Origin: Nemertoderma westbladi
Lineage: Eukaryota; Animalia; Xenacoelomorpha
Direction: 5' to 3'
Length of the DNA: 64,000 bases
Assembly: GCA_032718475.1 (NCBI GenBank)
Contig: JAUCBJ010005882.1
Location: 11,281 to 75,280, forward strand
Shown here: in pieces, positions 59,834-64,000 of the stretch
Layout: each line of letters begins with the position of its first letter
Position numbering within the stretch: position 1 is the first letter of the stretch
Program-made: the position numbers and the translations under genes
Notes under the pieces: generated by a model
The model's input: the letters and a program-made list of their open reading frames with translations, nothing else
The model's database searches: none
Told to the model about the DNA's origin: nothing

Positions 59834-62068
59834 TCATCTTTTTCTCGGAGTTCCTTTTCCCTTTTTTGGGGCAGCAGCTTTTGTGGCTGGTTTAGGGGCT
59901 GTCTTGACAATCATATCATTAGCTTCCTTTAATTGTTTGACAAGATCGTCGTGTTTGATCCTCAATGATTCCTCTTCCAACTTAGATATAGCGAGTTCGG
60001 CTTCGAGTTCTTTCACCTTTGTATTACTTTCGCTCAAATTTGTTTCGGTTTCTTCAGCCCTTTCTTCAGCTTCTTGTGCCCTAGATTCGGCTTCAGTTAA
60101 CTGATTTTGTAGAATATCAATCGCTTCGAGAGCTTCGTATGCCTTCCCTCGTCCGCCTTCCGACGAAATATTTCCCTTAGTTACCAATTGTTTTGTTGTT
60201 ATGGCGCCTTGTTTCTTAGCAACTAAATTAATATTAACTTTGTGAATGTTTTCATCGTCACCTACCACATCCAATTTATCCAGCGATTTCCCCTTTGCCT
60301 TCTTAGTTTGTTTGTCATCTTGTTTTGGTAAGGTTTGATCCCCTAAATCACTTGGGTTTACATCATCCTCGCTTATAGTATCATCACCAGGGATTAGTCC
60401 TGGAAAGGCCACCCCTTCAGTTAGTAGATTGGCAAGAAGTTTTGAATTTTTAATCCATTCGTTAGCTTCGTTTTTTAGGTCTTTAAGTCGTTTCGTTTTT
60501 ATTGTTGTTGAAACAGCGTCGGTGCCAGATGTGCTAGGTCTCGAAAAATCTTGCACCGGAACAACCGTTGAACAGCAGTTAATAATGTAATCACTGAAAG
60601 CTTCCAATTCAACAACAATCTCCCTGATGCTGTCGATTATTTGCCTCTCGGATGACAACTGTACCATGGTCATACCACTGTCGTCAACATCGTCGTCATC
60701 ATCTTGGTTTGGAGCAAGTCTAAGCACAACTTGCACCAACCAATAAGCCATCCGTCGATGGACTTCATCAACTTCCTCTTTAAGAGAGTGATCTTCGTTA
60801 TCGACACCCTTAGATGTAGCATCAACCCACGAAATCAACTCCTTCACAATCTCAACAATATCGACAATTTGCTGCGGTTTCTCAGATTCTAAAAGTTTTG
60901 GAGAACCCGTGTACTTAGAGATATCTAGAAGACCTCTCATCCAAGATTCAATATTATCGCGGAGTTTCACCCACTCTGATTCGTGAGGCATTGCTCCACC
61001 TGAAATGATGCCATTGAGTTTTAACTCCCAGGCTTCAATTTCATTGGATAATGTTATTAACAACTTTGCTGAACCATTCTCTCCTGTGATTATCACTTCC
61101 ATTTGCTGCATCAACAACTTCATACGTTGGTTTAGCTCCACCATGATATCGTATTCCGGGTAGTTTTCACCATATCTGCTTTTATGTCTACTGAACAATT
61201 GAAGACCAGATTCAGTCCATCCATCAATGTATACTTGAATGTGAACCAAAAGATCCTGATTCTCCAGTAATTGATCCCCAGAGTAGCGTTCAGCTTCCTT
61301 ACTCAGTATAACTTGCCAATATTTAAATTGTTCATAAATTTCTTCAACCAATTCTATACTGGGATGATTAACAGTAAACTCTGAAACAACATCATCATCA
61401 ACTTTGTCTAGGAGATTGCTAACATCATTGTACAAAGAATCAATAACCTTTTCAGTAGTATTATTTTCAAAGTTGAGTTTAATTCTGTAGCGGTCTATCT
61501 CGTAGCGCCAGTTGTCAGTATTGTCTCGTAATTTCGCAATGGTTTCAGTATCTTCATTAGTTAAAAGTGAAAGAAAGTGGTCGCCAATATTGTGCCATTC
61601 CTGACCGCAGGTAAGCACACGCCGAGCTGTGGCTAAGTTATTTAAATCGATTGTTTTTAGAGCGAGGTTAAAAGCCGCGTTGCACCATAATTCCCGAGTG
61701 TCTGCGAGCGAGGAGATTTTCTTCTCTAATCGATGTCTTTGAAGTTCGTAAAGTTCGTGATATTCTGAAACAATGTTTGAATGTTTTTCTGAGTCCAGTA
61801 ATGCCCTTTTGAGATCCTCTTTCGTGGTACCAGCTTCGGCAGTGAGCTTTTCGTTGTGTTCTCTGACTGCTTCTAGTTGATTAGTAAACATTGTAATAGA
61901 ATCTTTGAACCCTTCCAACTCCTCTTTAAGTCGTCTATCTAGAGCCCTTTGGGCCAGGACCTCTGAGTGCATGTCCTTCACATGTTCGGGGATCTTGCTC
62001 AATAGGTTGGCATAGCAACCACGAAGGTGAGACAATAATTGCCCCCGTTCTAAACATTCTATGCTTAC
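59834..62068 (-). CDS. AXDND1: Axonemal dynein light chain domain-containing protein 1, large 3' exon
   Basis: ttttttttag acceptor, then VSIECLERGQLLSHLRGCY..., which continues the p28-like motif ELIRQVS..C.ERG.LL. Long coiled-coil ORF to TGA at 59834. Confidence 0.82.
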   Translation of the reverse strand, partial: VSIECLERGQLLSHLRGCYANLLSKIPEHVKDMHSEVLAQRALDRRLKEELEGFKDSITMFTNQLEAVREHNEKLTAEAGTTKEDLKRALLDSEKHSNIVSEYHELYELQRHRLEKKISSLADTRELWCNAAFNLALKTIDLNNLATARRVLTCGQEWHNIGDHFLSLLTNEDTETIAKLRDNTDNWRYEIDRYRIKLNFENNTTEKVIDSLYNDVSNLLDKVDDDVVSEFTVNHPSIELVEEIYEQFKYWQVILSKEAERYSGDQLLENQDLLVHIQVYIDGWTESGLQLFSRHKSRYGENYPEYDIMVELNQRMKLLMQQMEVIITGENGSAKLLITLSNEIEAWELKLNGIISGGAMPHESEWVKLRDNIESWMRGLLDISKYTGSPKLLESEKPQQIVDIVEIVKELISWVDATSKGVDNEDHSLKEEVDEVHRRMAYWLVQVVLRLAPNQDDDDDVDDSGMTMVQLSSERQIIDSIREIVVELEAFSDYIINCCSTVVPVQDFSRPSTSGTDAVSTTIKTKRLKDLKNEANEWIKNSKLLANLLTEGVAFPGLIPGDDTISEDDVNPSDLGDQTLPKQDDKQTKKAKGKSLDKLDVVGDDENIHKVNINLVAKKQGAITTKQLVTKGNISSEGGRGKAYEALEAIDILQNQLTEAESRAQEAEERAEETETNLSESNTKVKELEAELAISKLEEESLRIKHDDLVKQLKEANDMIVKTAPKPATKAAAPKKGKGTPRKR

Positions 62069-62139
62069 CTAAAAAAAATAAGTAAAAATGATTAAAATAA
62101 CATAAAGTATTTCTACAGTTACTACGTAAAGCGGCAACC

Positions 62140-62575
62140 GATGACTTAAACCTATACTCAATTGGTGCAGTAAAGGAAAGGGTTCGAAATAAACCGCAGA
62201 AATGTACCAAATTTCAGATCTATAAAAATGTAATAAACCCTGAACTGTCAGTTTCCCTGATTTACAAAAAAACTGAACAGAATGTGCCTGACTTCAAACG
62301 AATTGCATTAAGTAGACTGAGATTGGTATCACACAACTTGCGTAGTGAGAGAGGAAGGTGGAGCCGCACGCCACCTAGCGAGAGGGTCTGCAAATGCGAC
62401 AACATGTCTGTGCAAGATGAACAACATGTGCTGTTATACTGTAGTCTTACAAAAAAAATTACGGGAAAACTACGGATACACAAATTGGTTATCTGTAAAT
62501 GATATGATGACTGAGGATAGAAATAGTATTAAATTATGCACTTTTGTGTATGAAGTACAGGAGGTGTTTAAATGA
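62140..62575 (+). mobile_element. 3' fragment of a non-LTR retrotransposon in the AXDND1 intron (antisense to the gene)
   Basis: LSRLRLVSHNLRSERGRW...RVCKC...DEQHVLLYC is a LINE ORF2 C-terminal Cys/His motif. Confidence 0.75.
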
Positions 62576-63207
62576 GAATTTAATTTGATTAATAAATTGG
62601 AAAGTGCAGTAGTGGTGGTGGGATCTTGGACATTTAGTGGACATTTGCAATTTTCTCTCTATAATTATCTGTATTATTACTTTGTTTAAATTGTTGTGCT
62701 CTATAGTTTCATAATAAGTGTCAATAAATATATGTTATGTATATTATTATAGGTTTGTGTAGTAAAAGACAATAAACCGTTAAATTATATAATTAAAAAA
62801 TGCGTATTAAATCACTATGGATTTGGGATTTGCGTGAATTCACCCCCCCCCCCCCCCTTCCCCCCACCTGTCTCTGATTTGGAATATAGTGGATTAGGAT
62901 TACATGCACTGTAAAGTAGTGCTCTGTATACTAGGGTTAAAAATATTTAAGTGAAGTTATCCACTCATAGAATTTTAAACACGGGAGATAACCCAAAGGT
63001 TCCCTCTCGTGGCTCTAAGGTTCCAAGGAGGAACCACTCACGTATAAAAAGTCTAGCTTACGGACAACCAATGCGAAATATTTTCAACCATTCTCAGGAA
63101 TTTAAATCCTTACTTGGGATCACAATATCCCCGTGCCTCTACATTCTATTATATTTGCTTCTGTAGGCACACACTGTACTTTTAGTTTCTTTTATATGAA
63201 AACTAAC

Positions 63208-64000
63208 TTGACGAATAAGTTCGTGGAAAACCATGTTATATACATTTTGCTCTTGTTTCACCAGTTCTAAAAGGTCATGTAGCGGTGTGGTCTGTTGCTC
63301 TACATCCGAAACGTTATCTTTCAGTTGACACCCAATCACTCCCAGTTTGTCTAGAATATCATCCAAAGCATCCTTAAGCATTATAACCTCCTTGCGGCTC
63401 GCTGGCTTCAACGATGGGAACACCGTCAAATGGTTTTTATGATCTTCAGTAGCCACTGTGTATTGATCTTCAAAAACAGCCAATCCGGTGACGCCTTTAT
63501 TCTTGACGACTCTATATTCGGCGGGGAGGATAGTGTTAGGCAACGTAAAACTACGAGGTCCGATTCTAGAATCTTTAGTTTTCCTCACGCTAGATGGGTC
63601 GCTCGGCCGACGGTCTATCACAGGGGGTAGTTTATCCGGGTCTGCTAATCTGGGTTTAACTGCGTCGTAAAGAAATGTTATATCTTTTGTTCCGGCTCCG
63701 CATGTACACGGCGGATTGTCTACCAAATGGGACAGTTTTGCGCGACAGTCACTGTGATGCCACGCGCTCGCAACTTTATTCTTTACTTGGCGTTTACTCG
63801 TCTTTTCTTGGCCGGATTCCTTTCGCAGACCGTAGGCTGGTTTCATGGCGAAGATCACATCTTTGGGAATGCTGGACAGAAGTTGTGCTGAATCCAGTTG
63901 TACCCTCACTGGGTCGTGTCTCTCTGATCCGATGTTGTCCACTACCATATTATCAGGGTTGGCTTCGTCTGTGTTCAACAAGTTTTTTATATTTTCGTTG
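63208..64000 (-). CDS. AXDND1: AXDND1 upstream exon (frame open to the window edge)
   Basis: FPSLKPASRKEV...EQNVYNMVFHELIRQ|gttagt. The phase-0 join to 62068 restores the conserved motif. Confidence 0.82.

Overview
This is AT-rich, repeat-dense animal (invertebrate-type) nuclear DNA, not prokaryotic. Host genes are the 5' six exons of the splicing factor CWC22 (minus strand, 18896 to 8, continuing off the left edge), an intronless BC-box/LRR gene (45201-46796), intronless TPK1 and ALG1, and AXDND1 (two exons, running in from the right edge). The most striking structure is CWC22 intron 3 (5343-14567). It is filled with about 55 tandem copies of a 78-bp unit that is the gene's own exon-4 3' splice site plus the first 19 codons of exon 4. 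The result is an in-frame array of decoy or alternative splice acceptors inside a core spliceosome gene. The array is interrupted by a decayed Ty3/Gypsy element with a perfect 5-bp TSD, TATAAG...CTTATA termini, two LTRs that do not align with each other, and a primer-binding site matching a tRNA 5' end instead of a 3' CCA end. The rest is nested transposons and several minisatellites: hAT-, piggyBac- and Harbinger-like MITEs, an 8.25-kb foldback/MULE element, RT-deleted RTE LINEs and a Penelope remnant with hammerhead motifs. All coordinates were read by eye and no database searches were run.
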